Counted from the first letter of the stretch, positions 8,801 to 20,050 are shown. The stretch: DNA of 64,000 nt from Patescibacteria group bacterium (GCA_028715115.1 JAQUSN010000001.1:283150-347149), one strand, 5' to 3'. Numbers and translations are program-made. The notes: generated from the letters alone by a model not told the origin.

Positions 8801-9133
8801 ATGTTAGCAATTAAATTAGCTAGACGCGGCAAAAAAAATCAGCCTCTGTTTCGGTTGCTGGTTCAAGAAAAGGCCAAAGATCCATTTGGAGATTTTTTGG
8901 AAGAGTTGGGACATTGGAATCCAAAAACTAAACAAGGAGATTTTAATAAAGAGAGAATTGTTCATTGGATCTCTCAAGGCGCTCAGCCCACGCCTTCGGT
9001 TAATAATCTTTTAATTAATCAGGGAATCATTGAAGGTAAAAAAATGAAGGCCAGCAAAAAACCTCAGACCAAAGAGCAGCCCAAAGTAGAAGAAGCGAAA
9101 AAAGAAGAAGCACCTGCCGCTGAAGCCAAATAA
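8801..9133 (+). CDS. rpsP: 30S ribosomal protein S16 with a Lys/Glu-rich C-terminal tail
   Basis: MLAIKLARRGKKNQPLFRLLV...GHWNP is the S16 signature. Confidence 0.8.
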   Translation: MLAIKLARRGKKNQPLFRLLVQEKAKDPFGDFLEELGHWNPKTKQGDFNKERIVHWISQGAQPTPSVNNLLINQGIIEGKKMKASKKPQTKEQPKVEEAKKEEAPAAEAK

Positions 9134-9299
9134 ATTTTATTTTATAAAAAATATTTTCCTAAGAGTACCAGTCTCGAATGCTTGAGTTCAACTTTTAAGC
9201 AATTCAAGTATTTTAGAAAAAGGTCGCCAGACTGGAGGCATGTTAACAGGTAGTTTTGCCATCTGCCTTAGGGCAGATTGAGCAATATGATAGAGCACT

Positions 9300-9626
9300 A
9301 TGGCTGAGAAACATCTCGATCAAGAATTTCTTGAGAATATTGTCAAAGTGCTGGTCAATAATCCGAGCGACGTGAAAATCACCCGAACGGTTGATGAAAT
9401 GGGAGTCCTTCTTTCTTTGAAGGTTAACCCGGCTGACATGGGTCAGATCATCGGCCGCGGTGGTGAGACTGCCCGCTGCATTCGATCTTTGGTCAGATTA
9501 GTCGGCTTGAAAAATAAAGCCAGAATCAACTTAAAGATCGAGGAACCGGAAGGCGGTCGAGCTCCAAGAGCTCCACGAGCCGCTCAACCGACCAGTGCTG
9601 TGACTGACGAAGAATTCAAGCTCTAA
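9300..9626 (+). CDS. KH-domain RNA-binding protein (KhpA/YlqC-like)
   Basis: KH fold GxxG (IGRGGETA). The location rpsP-KH-trmD is syntenic with the rpsP operon. Confidence 0.65.
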   Translation: MAEKHLDQEFLENIVKVLVNNPSDVKITRTVDEMGVLLSLKVNPADMGQIIGRGGETARCIRSLVRLVGLKNKARINLKIEEPEGGRAPRAPRAAQPTSAVTDEEFKL

Positions 9627-9646
9627 AGCGCGGTTCTTCAGAAGTG

Positions 9647-9681
9647 AGAATCACCCCAAAATTTGGGGTGATTCTTATTTA
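9647..9681 (+). terminator. Intrinsic terminator (AGAATCACCCCAAA-AT-TTTGGGGTGATTCT followed by TATTT)
   Basis: 14-bp perfect stem followed by a T-rich tract. Confidence 0.6.
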
Positions 9682-9983
9682 GCCGATTTTGTTTCCGCCT
9701 TAGCGGATTACAAAATCGAGCATCCCGTCACCGGCAGAGGCGGAGAGGGATTACCTTATAGTATATCGCTATGATGTATCGCTATTTGCAAAATAGCGGA
9801 GTTGCCAAATATATGATATAATTACATAATCTAAATAAAATTTATTTCACTATAACCCAATTCGACATAATCACTATATTTTGCCAATTTTCTTTCGCCA
9901 AAGGCGAATATAGAAAATTGAACATCCCGCCGAATCCGCCGGCTGGCGGAGAAGGCGGGACAGCCTAATTTAAAACATATTTT

Positions 9984-10637
9984 ATGATTCAGTTCGACGT
10001 AATCACCATTTTTCCTGACATCTTTGACAACTATTTTAACACCTCAATTATTAAGCGTGCCAAGGCCAAAGGTTTGATTAAAATAAAAATTCATAATTTG
10101 CGCGATTTTGCCCTTGGCCGGCACAAATCAGTCGATGATCGGCCATACGGAGGCGGACCGGGCATGATTTTGCGCGCTGATGTGCTTTTAAGGGCGTTGA
10201 AAAAAACTTCCAAGAATAAGCCGTCGGAGAAGATAATTTTGACCAGCGCGGCCGGTAAACAATTTGACCAAAAAACAGCTTATCGTTATGCGAAATTAAA
10301 ACGGATAATTTTTATTTGCGGCCGTTATGAAGGAGTTGATGCGCGAATAGAAAAATTTATTGACGAAAAAGTTTCCGTTGGGCCTTATGTTCTAACCGGC
10401 GGCGAATTGCCGGTTATGACTATGATTGATGCTGTTACTCGTCTTATTCCGGGCGTCATCAAAGAGGAGTCGTTGAAAGAAGAAACATTTACTTCTTCGG
10501 CGGCAGAATATGCCCAGTATACGCGGCCGGAAATTTTGACCTTTCGCCAAAAAAACGGTAAAATAAAAACATTAAAAGTGCCAAAAATATTATTAAGTGG
10601 TCATCATAAAAATATTAAGGACTGGCGAAATAAATAA
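9984..10637 (+). CDS. trmD: tRNA (guanine37-N1)-methyltransferase
   Basis: FDVITIFP, RPYGGGPGM and GRYEGVD are classic TrmD motifs. Confidence 0.85.
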   Translation: MIQFDVITIFPDIFDNYFNTSIIKRAKAKGLIKIKIHNLRDFALGRHKSVDDRPYGGGPGMILRADVLLRALKKTSKNKPSEKIILTSAAGKQFDQKTAYRYAKLKRIIFICGRYEGVDARIEKFIDEKVSVGPYVLTGGELPVMTMIDAVTRLIPGVIKEESLKEETFTSSAAEYAQYTRPEILTFRQKNGKIKTLKVPKILLSGHHKNIKDWRNK

Positions 10638-10653
10638 TCATTAAAAAATATTT

Positions 10654-10884
10654 ATGCCTGAAGTTTTAAATGCTGCAGAAAATATAACCGATAAAATAGA
10701 AGCTCTTCATACAAGACTAAGACAACTAGAAGATGAAAGATTAAAATTAGAAGAGGCAATGAGGGCCTCTAATGACGATAGTTTTGTCGGTGAACTTAAG
10801 GAAAGGACAAGTGAGGTCATAAAAGAAGCAGAAGGGGTAAGACTAGAATTAAAAAAACTCAATGATCCGGTCTATTCTGGTTAA
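10654..10884 (+). CDS. Hypothetical small coiled-coil protein
   Basis: 76-aa charged, heptad-like sequence. Confidence 0.3.
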   Translation: MPEVLNAAENITDKIEALHTRLRQLEDERLKLEEAMRASNDDSFVGELKERTSEVIKEAEGVRLELKKLNDPVYSG

Positions 10885-10917
10885 AAGCGTTTTTAAGACC
10901 TTTTCCACAGGGCTTGC

Positions 10918-10946
10918 TTGACAGAAGATCGAAATTGTCCTATAAT
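10918..10946 (+). promoter_or_regulatory. Sigma70-type rRNA promoter TTGACA-17-TATAAT
   Basis: Consensus -35 and -10 with a 17-nt spacer, about 290 nt upstream of the 16S 5' end. The leader contains a duplicated GAATATTCCAC and the palindrome CGCTTAAATttATTTAAGCG. Confidence 0.6.
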
Positions 10947-11238
10947 ATAAACATAAAATTTAACTATTACATTGTCACATATGTAACAGATCGGAATCAA
11001 CAAGACTAGCTAAAAACTTAATAGCGGATGTTGTTGACCTCCGCTGTTTATTTTGTCCAATTTACAAAATTTAGTAATTTAGACAATCAGTTGTTCATTA
11101 ACAATTTGAGTAATCGAATATTCCACCAAAGAATATTCCACTCATTTTACGACCACAACATTCATTCGTTTTTATGTTAATTTTTCCGGAGCGCTTAAAT
11201 TTATTTAAGCGAGTCGGAAAATCAAATCAAATTTTTTT

Positions 11239-12752
<1,514 letters not shown>

Positions 12753-13025
12753 TAGAGGAAAATTTCCCTCACTTTCTAGTTTTTTTGACATCAACAGGTT
12801 AGTCAAAGATGAATATATATGATGATTTATCTGACAACACAGAAGTGCTTTAAGAAAACTAGAAAGTGAGGGAAAGTCGATTGTTTTTATCTTGCTTCGG
12901 CAGGGTAGAAACAATTTGCCCTAGTTCCAATTTTATTGGAATTATGGTAAACAAGAATGTTGTGGTCGTAAAAGTAGTGGAAATAAAAAGCAAGCTTTTG
13001 ACAAGCTTGTTTTTTATTTAAAAAA

Positions 13026-13102
13026 TGGTGGGCGCACGAGGATTCGAACCTCGGACCTTTACAATGTCAATGTAACGCTCTAACCAACTGAGCTATGCGC
13101 CC
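13026..13102 (-). tRNA. tRNA-Val (anticodon GAC)
   Basis: Reverse complement GGGCGCATAGCTCAGTTGGTTAGAGCG-TTACA-TTGACAT-TGTAA...TTCGAATCC...TGCGCCCACCA. CCA is encoded. Confidence 0.85.
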
Positions 13103-13105
13103 CTC

Positions 13106-13182
13106 TGGTGGGTGTGGGAGGACTCGAACCTCCGACCTCTTCATTATCAGTGAAGTGCTCTAACCAGCTGAGCTACACACCC
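13106..13182 (-). tRNA. tRNA-Ile (anticodon GAU)
   Basis: Reverse complement GGGTGTGTAGCTCAGCTGGTTAGAGCA-CTTCA-CTGATAA-TGAAG...TTCGAGTCC...CACACCCACCA. The promoter TTGACA-16-TATAAT lies at 13196-13223 on the minus strand. Confidence 0.85.
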
Positions 13183-13304
13183 ATATAATTAAATCATTAT
13201 AAATTATTCAGCAGATTTGTCAATTTAATTTTGTTGATAATAATTATAGGAATTATGGCTAGTTTGTCAATTGTGGGGTTTTAAATTTTTGCTATAATTA
13301 ATAT

Positions 13305-14009
13305 ATGTTAAACAAAATCAAAAAAGATTTTTTAAAAGCGCAAGACAAGAAAAAGGCCAAGCTATTGGCTGGATTTTTTAAAACCGGTAAAGGGCAATAT
13401 GGCGAGGGTGACGTTTTCTTGGGCATTATCGTGCCAAAGCAGCGCGCCATTGCCAAAAAATATTCTGATTTATCGCTTATTAATTGCCAAAAATTACTAA
13501 AGAGTAAAATTCACGAATATCGCTTGACAGCGCTTTTAATTTTAGTCGGACAATATAAAAAATCCGATTGGCCGAAGCGAAAAAAGATTTTTGATTTTTA
13601 TTGTCGTAACTTTAAATACATTAATAATTGGGACCTGGTTGATCTCTCGGCGCCAAACATTACCGGCCATTATTTATATAACCAGAGCGGTGGACCCCTA
13701 ATAAAACGCTGGATTAAATCAGATCATCTTTGGACTAAAAGAATTGGACTTTTAAGCACAGCTTATTTTATAAAGAATAAACAATTTAACGAAATTTTAA
13801 GCGCAGCCAGGTTATTATTAAAAGATCGGCATGATTTAATTCATAAAGCCAGCGGTTGGATGTTAAGAGAAGCGGGCAAAAAAGATGGTCAAGTTTTGAC
13901 TAAATTTTTAGACCAAAATTTTAGACAAATGCCGCGAACTATGCTAAGATATGCCATTGAGAAGTTCCCAGAAAAAAAGAGACAACACTATTTAAAGACG
14001 TCAAAATGA
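13305..14009 (+). CDS. DNA alkylation repair protein (AlkD/AlkC-like HEAT-repeat family)
   Basis: N-terminal pattern (KKAKLLAGFFKTGKGQYGEGDVFLGIIVPKQRAIAKKY) typical of the DNA_alkylation family. Confidence 0.55.
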   Translation: MLNKIKKDFLKAQDKKKAKLLAGFFKTGKGQYGEGDVFLGIIVPKQRAIAKKYSDLSLINCQKLLKSKIHEYRLTALLILVGQYKKSDWPKRKKIFDFYCRNFKYINNWDLVDLSAPNITGHYLYNQSGGPLIKRWIKSDHLWTKRIGLLSTAYFIKNKQFNEILSAARLLLKDRHDLIHKASGWMLREAGKKDGQVLTKFLDQNFRQMPRTMLRYAIEKFPEKKRQHYLKTSK

Positions 14010-14392
14010 AAATTAAACATATAAATTTAAATTTTTCTAAAGCTAATACTGATAAAGCAGCTAAAATTAAACACATTTCTTTGGTTAAGAACAAAGAAAT
14101 TGGCTATTATGTTGCCCAGGTTGATAATTTTGTTCAGGCTCATTATCATAAAAAGGGCGATGAAATATATCATATTTTGAAAGGGCGAGGATTGATTTAT
14201 CTTGGCCGATTAACTAAAAATTTAGTTCGCTGGGAAAGACCAAAAAAAATTTATAAAGATGATGTTATTTTTGTGCCGGCCGGTTACGCTCATTGTTTAA
14301 TGAATTCCAGGAAAGAGCCATTAGTTCTTGCTTTTATTTGTCCGCCCTTACATTTATCGAAAGATAGAAAAGTTTTAAATAATCCCAAGTAA
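14006..14392 (+). CDS. Cupin-like small protein
   Basis: Beta-strand-rich 128-aa sequence with a His-containing motif (VPAGYAHCLMN). The start overlaps the upstream stop. Confidence 0.3.
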   Translation: MKIKHINLNFSKANTDKAAKIKHISLVKNKEIGYYVAQVDNFVQAHYHKKGDEIYHILKGRGLIYLGRLTKNLVRWERPKKIYKDDVIFVPAGYAHCLMNSRKEPLVLAFICPPLHLSKDRKVLNNPK

Positions 14393-14422
14393 TTTTTAAA
14401 AGTTAATCATTAAAATATTTTT

Positions 14423-14737
14423 ATGATGTTTGACGATAAAAATTTTTTACAAGAAGTTCTAAAAGATAAGGATTTGGTCTTGGTTGATTTTTTTGCTTCT
14501 TGGTGCGGACCATGCCAGGCTTTGATTCCTATTATTGAGGAATTGACTAAAGATTATGAAGGTAAAGTAAAAATTGGTAAATTAAACGTTGAAGAATCTC
14601 TGGAAACTGCGCAAAATTATGACGTGATGAATCTTCCGACTTTGATATTTTTTAGAGACGGCAAAGAGATCGAGCGCGTATTAGGCTTTCATTCAAAAGA
14701 AGAATTAAAAGCCAAAATCGACAATCTACTAAAATAA
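14423..14737 (+). CDS. trxA: Thioredoxin
   Basis: WCGPC active site. Confidence 0.85.
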   Translation: MMFDDKNFLQEVLKDKDLVLVDFFASWCGPCQALIPIIEELTKDYEGKVKIGKLNVEESLETAQNYDVMNLPTLIFFRDGKEIERVLGFHSKEELKAKIDNLLK

Positions 14738-14751
14738 TTTTATATAATTTT

Positions 14752-15675
14752 ATGCCGGAAAATAATTATGATTTGATTATTATTGGCACCGGTGCGGCTG
14801 GGTTAGCTGCCTCGATTTACGCTTCACGTTATAAGATTAACCATTTAGTCATCGGTCAGAAAACCGGTGGCCTGGCGGCTTGGTCGCATATGATTGAAAA
14901 TTATCCCGGGACCCTGACTATTACCGGACAAGATTTAATGAATAAGTTTATGGAACACGCCAAACATTACGGCGCGCCAGTGATTGAATCGCAAGTTTTG
15001 GAAGTTAAAAAAGAAAATGATTTATTTAAAGTTACTTTGCCGGACAATAAAATTTTTTGGGCTAAAGCTTTGGTTTTAGCCTTGGGAACTGAACGCAAAA
15101 AACTCGGCGTGCCAGGCGAGCAAGAGTTTTGGGGCAGGGGGGTGACTTATTGCGCGACTTGCGATGCGCCGCTTTATAAAAATCGCACCGTGGCTGTAGT
15201 GGGCGGTGGTGATTCAGCCTTGACCGCAGCCTTGCTTTTGGCTAGCTATGCGCAAAAAGTATATTTAATTCATCGTCGCGATCAATTTGCCGGTCAAGAA
15301 ATGTGGCAACATAAAGTGGCAGAAAATTCTAAAATTGTTAGCATTTTTTCGACCAATATCTTGGAAATAAAGGGTGATAAAGTAGTCAAAGAGTTAATTC
15401 TCGACCGTCCTTATGAAAACAGCACATCGCTGCCAGTTAACGGAGTTTTTATAGAGATTGGTTCTACGCCCAGTATTTATTTAACTAAACAGCTTAACAT
15501 CGACCTAGATGATCATCAATATATAAAAGTAGATAATAATAACCAAACCAATCTGGAAGGAGTTTTCGCCGCTGGCGACGTAACTAACCAAAACCATTTG
15601 AAGCAGATTTTAACGGCAGCCAGTCAGGGGGCAGTGGCCGCTTATAGCGCTTATAAATTTTTGTTTAAAAAATAA
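14752..15675 (+). CDS. trxB: Thioredoxin-disulfide reductase
   Basis: FAD motif GTGAAGLAAS, redox-active CATCD, and NAD(P)-binding GGGDSA. Confidence 0.8.
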   Translation: MPENNYDLIIIGTGAAGLAASIYASRYKINHLVIGQKTGGLAAWSHMIENYPGTLTITGQDLMNKFMEHAKHYGAPVIESQVLEVKKENDLFKVTLPDNKIFWAKALVLALGTERKKLGVPGEQEFWGRGVTYCATCDAPLYKNRTVAVVGGGDSALTAALLLASYAQKVYLIHRRDQFAGQEMWQHKVAENSKIVSIFSTNILEIKGDKVVKELILDRPYENSTSLPVNGVFIEIGSTPSIYLTKQLNIDLDDHQYIKVDNNNQTNLEGVFAAGDVTNQNHLKQILTAASQGAVAAYSAYKFLFKK

Positions 15676-15676
15676 T

Positions 15677-16237
15677 ATGTTGGTTTTGCCAGTCTCGCCG
15701 AAAAATATCAAGTTAGCCAGGCAAATTATCAAGAAGGGCGGGATTATCATCTATCCGACCGACACGATTTACGGCTTAGGCGCTGACATTTTTAATCAGC
15801 AAGCCGTTAAAAAAATCATAGACATTAAAGGCAGAAAGAAGACAAATCCGATTTCAGTGATGATTTCGGATTTTTTGCAAATAAAAAAAATAGCCTCAGT
15901 AAACGCGCGACAAGCTAAAATAATTAAAACATTATTGCCCGGGCCGTTTACAGTCATTCTAACCAAGAATAAATCAATTTCTGATCTATTAACCGCTAAG
16001 CGCAAAACAATTGGTGTTCGCTGGCCAAAATTAAAAATTTGTCAGGCTTTGGCAAAAAATTTGCCGATTACTACCACTAGCGCCAATTTATCAGGTCAGC
16101 CGAATACTTTAAGCGTAAATAAATTAAATAAAATTTTTAAAAACAAGGTAGATTTAATGCTAGTTGGCGGAAAAATGTCTGGTCGCGCTTCGACTATTAT
16201 AGATTTGACGGTTGGGCCATTTAAAATTTTGAGATAA
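15677..16237 (+). CDS. tsaC: L-threonylcarbamoyladenylate synthase (YrdC/Sua5 domain)
   Basis: IIYPTDTIYGLGAD motif of YrdC. Confidence 0.75.
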   Translation: MLVLPVSPKNIKLARQIIKKGGIIIYPTDTIYGLGADIFNQQAVKKIIDIKGRKKTNPISVMISDFLQIKKIASVNARQAKIIKTLLPGPFTVILTKNKSISDLLTAKRKTIGVRWPKLKICQALAKNLPITTTSANLSGQPNTLSVNKLNKIFKNKVDLMLVGGKMSGRASTIIDLTVGPFKILR

Positions 16238-16253
16238 ATTTTTTTAAAAGGCA

Positions 16254-16280
16254 AAAAGAGCCCTTGGGGGCTCTTTTTTG
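16254..16280 (+). terminator. Intrinsic terminator AAGAGCCC-TTGG-GGGCTCTT followed by TTTTG
   Basis: 8-bp stem plus a T-run. The same stem family recurs at 32268, 33461 and 34755. Confidence 0.6.
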
Positions 16281-16349
16281 TTTTCTTGACAAAAAATAAA
16301 ATTTTGCTAAGATTTAAACTTCTTTACAAGGACCTAACAAGGAGCTATC

Positions 16350-16769
16350 GTGGCGAAGCGACGTTACTTGTCTGACCATTTCAATCAGGATCTGAAAGGA
16401 TTCAGGATTCTGGAGGTTTGCTATCTAAGAGAGCCGCCTACATATAACTCTCCTCGGGTAGAGATGCTTTGTCGGAAAACGCGCAGGGGCGCCGGACCGG
16501 TGATCTTCTTTCCAGAGGGGTTGTTGCACGGCGGGCTTTCCGTTGGACGAGCATTCCGCGGCTGGCACTTGCACAAGGGCTATGCCCTGGTGCACCTAAA
16601 GACAGGCAGAGCCTTCTGGCTTAACGGGTTTCAGAGCACAGAGCGGTATCCGTCCAGACCGGCCGGGCTGTGGGTTACTAAGCGGCGCTTAGCCGCTTGG
16701 CGTCGGCAAGGGCGCCTGCCTCTTACTGCCGGCCTGAGGTCTGTCAGCGATATGAGTGGAGTCGATTAG
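16350..16769 (+). CDS. Hypothetical protein (GC-rich cassette ORF)
   Basis: 139-aa ORF at about 57% GC. The promoter is TTGACA-16-TGcTAAGAT at 16288-16318. A terminator lies at 16790-16823. Confidence 0.45.
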   Translation: MAKRRYLSDHFNQDLKGFRILEVCYLREPPTYNSPRVEMLCRKTRRGAGPVIFFPEGLLHGGLSVGRAFRGWHLHKGYALVHLKTGRAFWLNGFQSTERYPSRPAGLWVTKRRLAAWRRQGRLPLTAGLRSVSDMSGVD

Positions 16770-16789
16770 GGAGGTGGTATCATATTCAC

Positions 16790-16823
16790 GGGCGCTGGTT
16801 TGCACCAGCGCCCTTGGTTTTTT
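16790..16823 (+). terminator. Terminator GGGCGCTGG-TTTGCA-CCAGCGCCC followed by TTGGTTTTTT
   Basis: 9-bp GC stem plus a T-run. Near-identical to the terminator at 17717. Confidence 0.65.
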
Positions 16824-16969
16824 AAAAAAACAATTCTTGACAAAGCCATAAAATTTTGCTAAAATATCAATATTACTGGGTGAGCCCGGTATACCTAAGT
16901 CATGAGGGTAAAATCATGACAAGGTCCAAACTGCTTTCAGAGGTGCGCCTTTGAAGCAAAGGAGGATAC

Positions 16970-17701
16970 ATGTCTGATGGTGCCAATGTCGTTGAGTGCC
17001 TTGCTCGCACTACGCCGCTTTCCAGCGCAGAATGGGCTGCGTTGGTAGAGGCTCGCCGTCGTCTCTTTTCTCGGGTGGTTGCGAAATGGCGAACTCTGCC
17101 AAGTATCGGGGATCAGAAAGGTCTCTATGTCGAAGGCCATCCAAGTCCAATCAATGGCGGTTTGCTAAGGAGCAGGATCGTCTATGTATTTGGGGAATTA
17201 GGCAGCACGACCGTTTCGGAGACCGGGGAAGCGCAGGGCGTATTCGAGCATATCGGCCATGAGTTGCCAAAGCGCCGGGTCAATGAAGATCTTCCGTTGC
17301 CCTCGGATCTAGATCCCGATATAATAGGGACTCTTCGCTACTGGGCCTTAATGAGGAATGGTGCCTGGGCTCTAATAACCGTTTTTTACGTAACAGGTTA
17401 CGGTTATAAGAATCGGGGCAAGGACATCGCATTTAGGGTCGTAATTCAGCATTGCGCTTTCGACGAGCTACTCAAAGAGGCGAAGATTCATCCACGACAG
17501 ATCTGGTGGCGGTTAAGAATAGCTTTTGCCGAGGCCATCAACGCCACTCGACGCCGTGCTCAAGTCGCAGAAGAGCTGGCTCGTCGCATAATGGCTGAAG
17601 ACGAGCTGCTCAGGGTTTCGCCAGGAGAAAACGAAGCAGCTCCTACAGACGCCCTGCGGCACTTTGTCCGTGAGCTCGATAATCCCAGCAACGACGACTG
17701 A
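16970..17701 (+). CDS. Hypothetical protein (GC-rich cassette ORF)
   Basis: 243-aa ORF at about 57% GC. The promoter is TTGACA-17-TGcTAAAAT at 16839-16869, followed by a roughly 100-nt structured leader and an AAGGAGG ribosome-binding site. Confidence 0.45.
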   Translation: MSDGANVVECLARTTPLSSAEWAALVEARRRLFSRVVAKWRTLPSIGDQKGLYVEGHPSPINGGLLRSRIVYVFGELGSTTVSETGEAQGVFEHIGHELPKRRVNEDLPLPSDLDPDIIGTLRYWALMRNGAWALITVFYVTGYGYKNRGKDIAFRVVIQHCAFDELLKEAKIHPRQIWWRLRIAFAEAINATRRRAQVAEELARRIMAEDELLRVSPGENEAAPTDALRHFVRELDNPSNDD

Positions 17702-17716
17702 GGGAGTCGTAGAATC

Positions 17717-17749
17717 GGGCGCTGGTTTCGGCCAGCGCCCTCGGTTTTT
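17717..17749 (+). terminator. Terminator GGGCGCTGG-TTTCGG-CCAGCGCCC followed by TCGGTTTTT
   Basis: Same stem as the terminator at 16790. Confidence 0.65.
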
Positions 17750-17797
17750 AAAAAAACAAGGCTGTTAGGCCTTATTTTTTAAAAACAGATCTTATAT

Positions 17798-20050
17798 TTA
17801 GAGCTTCATAGACAAGAGCTTGGAAATTCCGTCTTTCATCATGGTCACGCCATACAAAGTATCGGCTGATTCCATGGTTTGGCGATTATGAGTAATGACG
17901 ATAAATTGAGTTTTGTGAGCCAATTCACGTAAAATATTAGAAAAGCGAGAAGAGTTTTGTTCGTCGAGCGCAGCGTCAACTTCGTCTAAGATAACGAACG
18001 GTGGTTTATTGATGGCAATGATGGCGCAAATTAAGGCGAGCGAGGTTAGCGCTTTTTCGCCGCCGGACAAAGCTTCGATATTTTTTAACTTTTTCCCTGG
18101 CGGATTAGCCATGATTTCGATATTAGTCACTTCTTCTTTTTCCTTAGACTCGGTTTCTTTTTCTTTTGCTTCTTCTGTTGGTTCGTCTTCTTTTTTTTCG
18201 GCTGGGTCACTTTCAACTTCTTCTATTACCGATTTTTGCAAAACTATCTTGGCCTTGCCGCCATTAAAGAACACGCCAAAATAATAATCAAACTTATCAT
18301 TAATTTGATGAAAAGTTTTATTAAACTGTTCGTCCATTTTTTCGTTCAATTGTTTAATGACTTTATTGAGGGATTGTAGTGCGCCGCGCAAATCTTGGAT
18401 TTGGTTGGTCAAAAATTCATAACGCTCTTTGGCTTCCGGATATTCTTTGGTGATTTCAGGATCAATGCCGCCAATAAGTTCAAGCTGCCTTTTTAATTCC
18501 TGAACTTGGCCGTAACAATTTTCATCATCACCGGTGTTTTCGGTTTGGCTGGATAAAATTTGTTCAGGATTTTCGACGTTCATCTCCCGTTTAATTTCTG
18601 CTATTAGATCTTCTTTGCGCGTATCGATTTTAGCTTGATCGACTTCGAAAACATTAAGTTCATGGTTAATGGCATTTAATTCATTTTGTTTATGTTGGGC
18701 TTTTTGCTGCAGCTCAAAGAAGGCCCGGCGTTTTTCCTGTTCGCTCTGGGCGAAGTTTTTGAGTTGCTGGTTAATGCCGTCGATTTGTTCGTTTAATTTT
18801 TTAATTTCTTGGTCTAGGCCTTGAATTTCCTGCTCGATTTTTTCTATTATACTGGATTTGTTTTGCTCTGGTGTCTGCTCCGGTTCACCCGATAAATAAG
18901 CCAGTAAGTTATTGATTTTTTGCTCTAAGCGGTTAACTTGGTCTTTTAGTTCTGACAAATTATCAAGGGAATTTAGTGTTGCCAAGGCGGTATTTAATTG
19001 GTTGTTTAATTGTTTAATACTTTCCAGGTCGGTGATGATTTTATTGGTATCCAGTTCTTCTTCTTGGCCTGATTCTGGTTGCTTGGCCCTTTGCTGTTCA
19101 ATAATTAATTTTCCTCGCCAGACGGTAATTTGTTCTAAATATTTATTTTTTAATTCAACTAATTTTTGTTGATCTTGCTGCAAGCGGCGATAATTATCAT
19201 CTATATTTTCTTTGGCGATTGATTCAAGTTGTTTTTGCAGGACTTCGAGTTCGGTCTCGAGTTTTTTTTGTTGGTTAGCGTTATCGACCGATTGTTGAGA
19301 AATATTTTTTGATTGTGCTTCGAGATTTTGCCAAAGGCCGCTATAATATTTTTTTTGTAGAGCCAAAAGCTCTTCTTCGAATTGTTGCCGGCGTTCGAGT
19401 TTTTTTATTTGACGAGTCAAAGATCTCATGCGCGGTTCAAGCTCTTGAAGCGCTACTTCGGCTTGCTGGAGATTATTCTCGGCTTTTTCTATTTTTCGCA
19501 GTGCTTCATCTTTTTTAATTTGATATTGGCGAATGCCGGTCGCTTCATCAAAAAAGTTTTTTCTTTCGGCCGGAGAGCTGTGTAAAATAGAGTCGATCAT
19601 GCCCTGGCTGACGATACTATAACTTTTTTGTCCAAAGTTGGCTTGGGCTAAAAGCATTAAAATATCTTGTAAGCGGACTCGAGCATTATTTAAAAGATAT
19701 TCTCCTTCGCTCTGGCGATTGACACGGCGGAGAATGGTAAACTGGCGATATTCAATGGCCGCCTCGTCTTGTTCGTTATTAAAATGCAAGGATACTTCAG
19801 CGGAATTGAGTCGGCCCTTTTTATCTGAACCGGAAAAAATAATATCTTCGGCGCGTTTGGTGCGCAAGCTTTTCATGCTTTGTTCGCCCAAGCCCCAACG
19901 GATAGCTTCAAGAACATTGCTTTTTCCCGAACCATTGGGACCCAAAATTGCGTTAATGCCATAAGAGCCGTCCTTGGGTCTAGGGAACTCCAAAACTGTT
20001 TTGTTGGCGAAAGATTTAAAGCCGTTAATTTCTAAACGCTCGAGATACAT
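17798..20050 (-). CDS. smc: SMC-family chromosome segregation ATPase (short, 750 aa)
   Basis: N-terminal MYLERLEINGFKSF...GPNGSGKSN...IRWGLGEQS, a long coiled coil, and a C-terminal LSGGEKALTSLAL...ILDEVDAALD. Confidence 0.65.
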   Translation of the reverse strand: MYLERLEINGFKSFANKTVLEFPRPKDGSYGINAILGPNGSGKSNVLEAIRWGLGEQSMKSLRTKRAEDIIFSGSDKKGRLNSAEVSLHFNNEQDEAAIEYRQFTILRRVNRQSEGEYLLNNARVRLQDILMLLAQANFGQKSYSIVSQGMIDSILHSSPAERKNFFDEATGIRQYQIKKDEALRKIEKAENNLQQAEVALQELEPRMRSLTRQIKKLERRQQFEEELLALQKKYYSGLWQNLEAQSKNISQQSVDNANQQKKLETELEVLQKQLESIAKENIDDNYRRLQQDQQKLVELKNKYLEQITVWRGKLIIEQQRAKQPESGQEEELDTNKIITDLESIKQLNNQLNTALATLNSLDNLSELKDQVNRLEQKINNLLAYLSGEPEQTPEQNKSSIIEKIEQEIQGLDQEIKKLNEQIDGINQQLKNFAQSEQEKRRAFFELQQKAQHKQNELNAINHELNVFEVDQAKIDTRKEDLIAEIKREMNVENPEQILSSQTENTGDDENCYGQVQELKRQLELIGGIDPEITKEYPEAKERYEFLTNQIQDLRGALQSLNKVIKQLNEKMDEQFNKTFHQINDKFDYYFGVFFNGGKAKIVLQKSVIEEVESDPAEKKEDEPTEEAKEKETESKEKEEVTNIEIMANPPGKKLKNIEALSGGEKALTSLALICAIIAINKPPFVILDEVDAALDEQNSSRFSNILRELAHKTQFIVITHNRQTMESADTLYGVTMMKDGISKLLSMKL

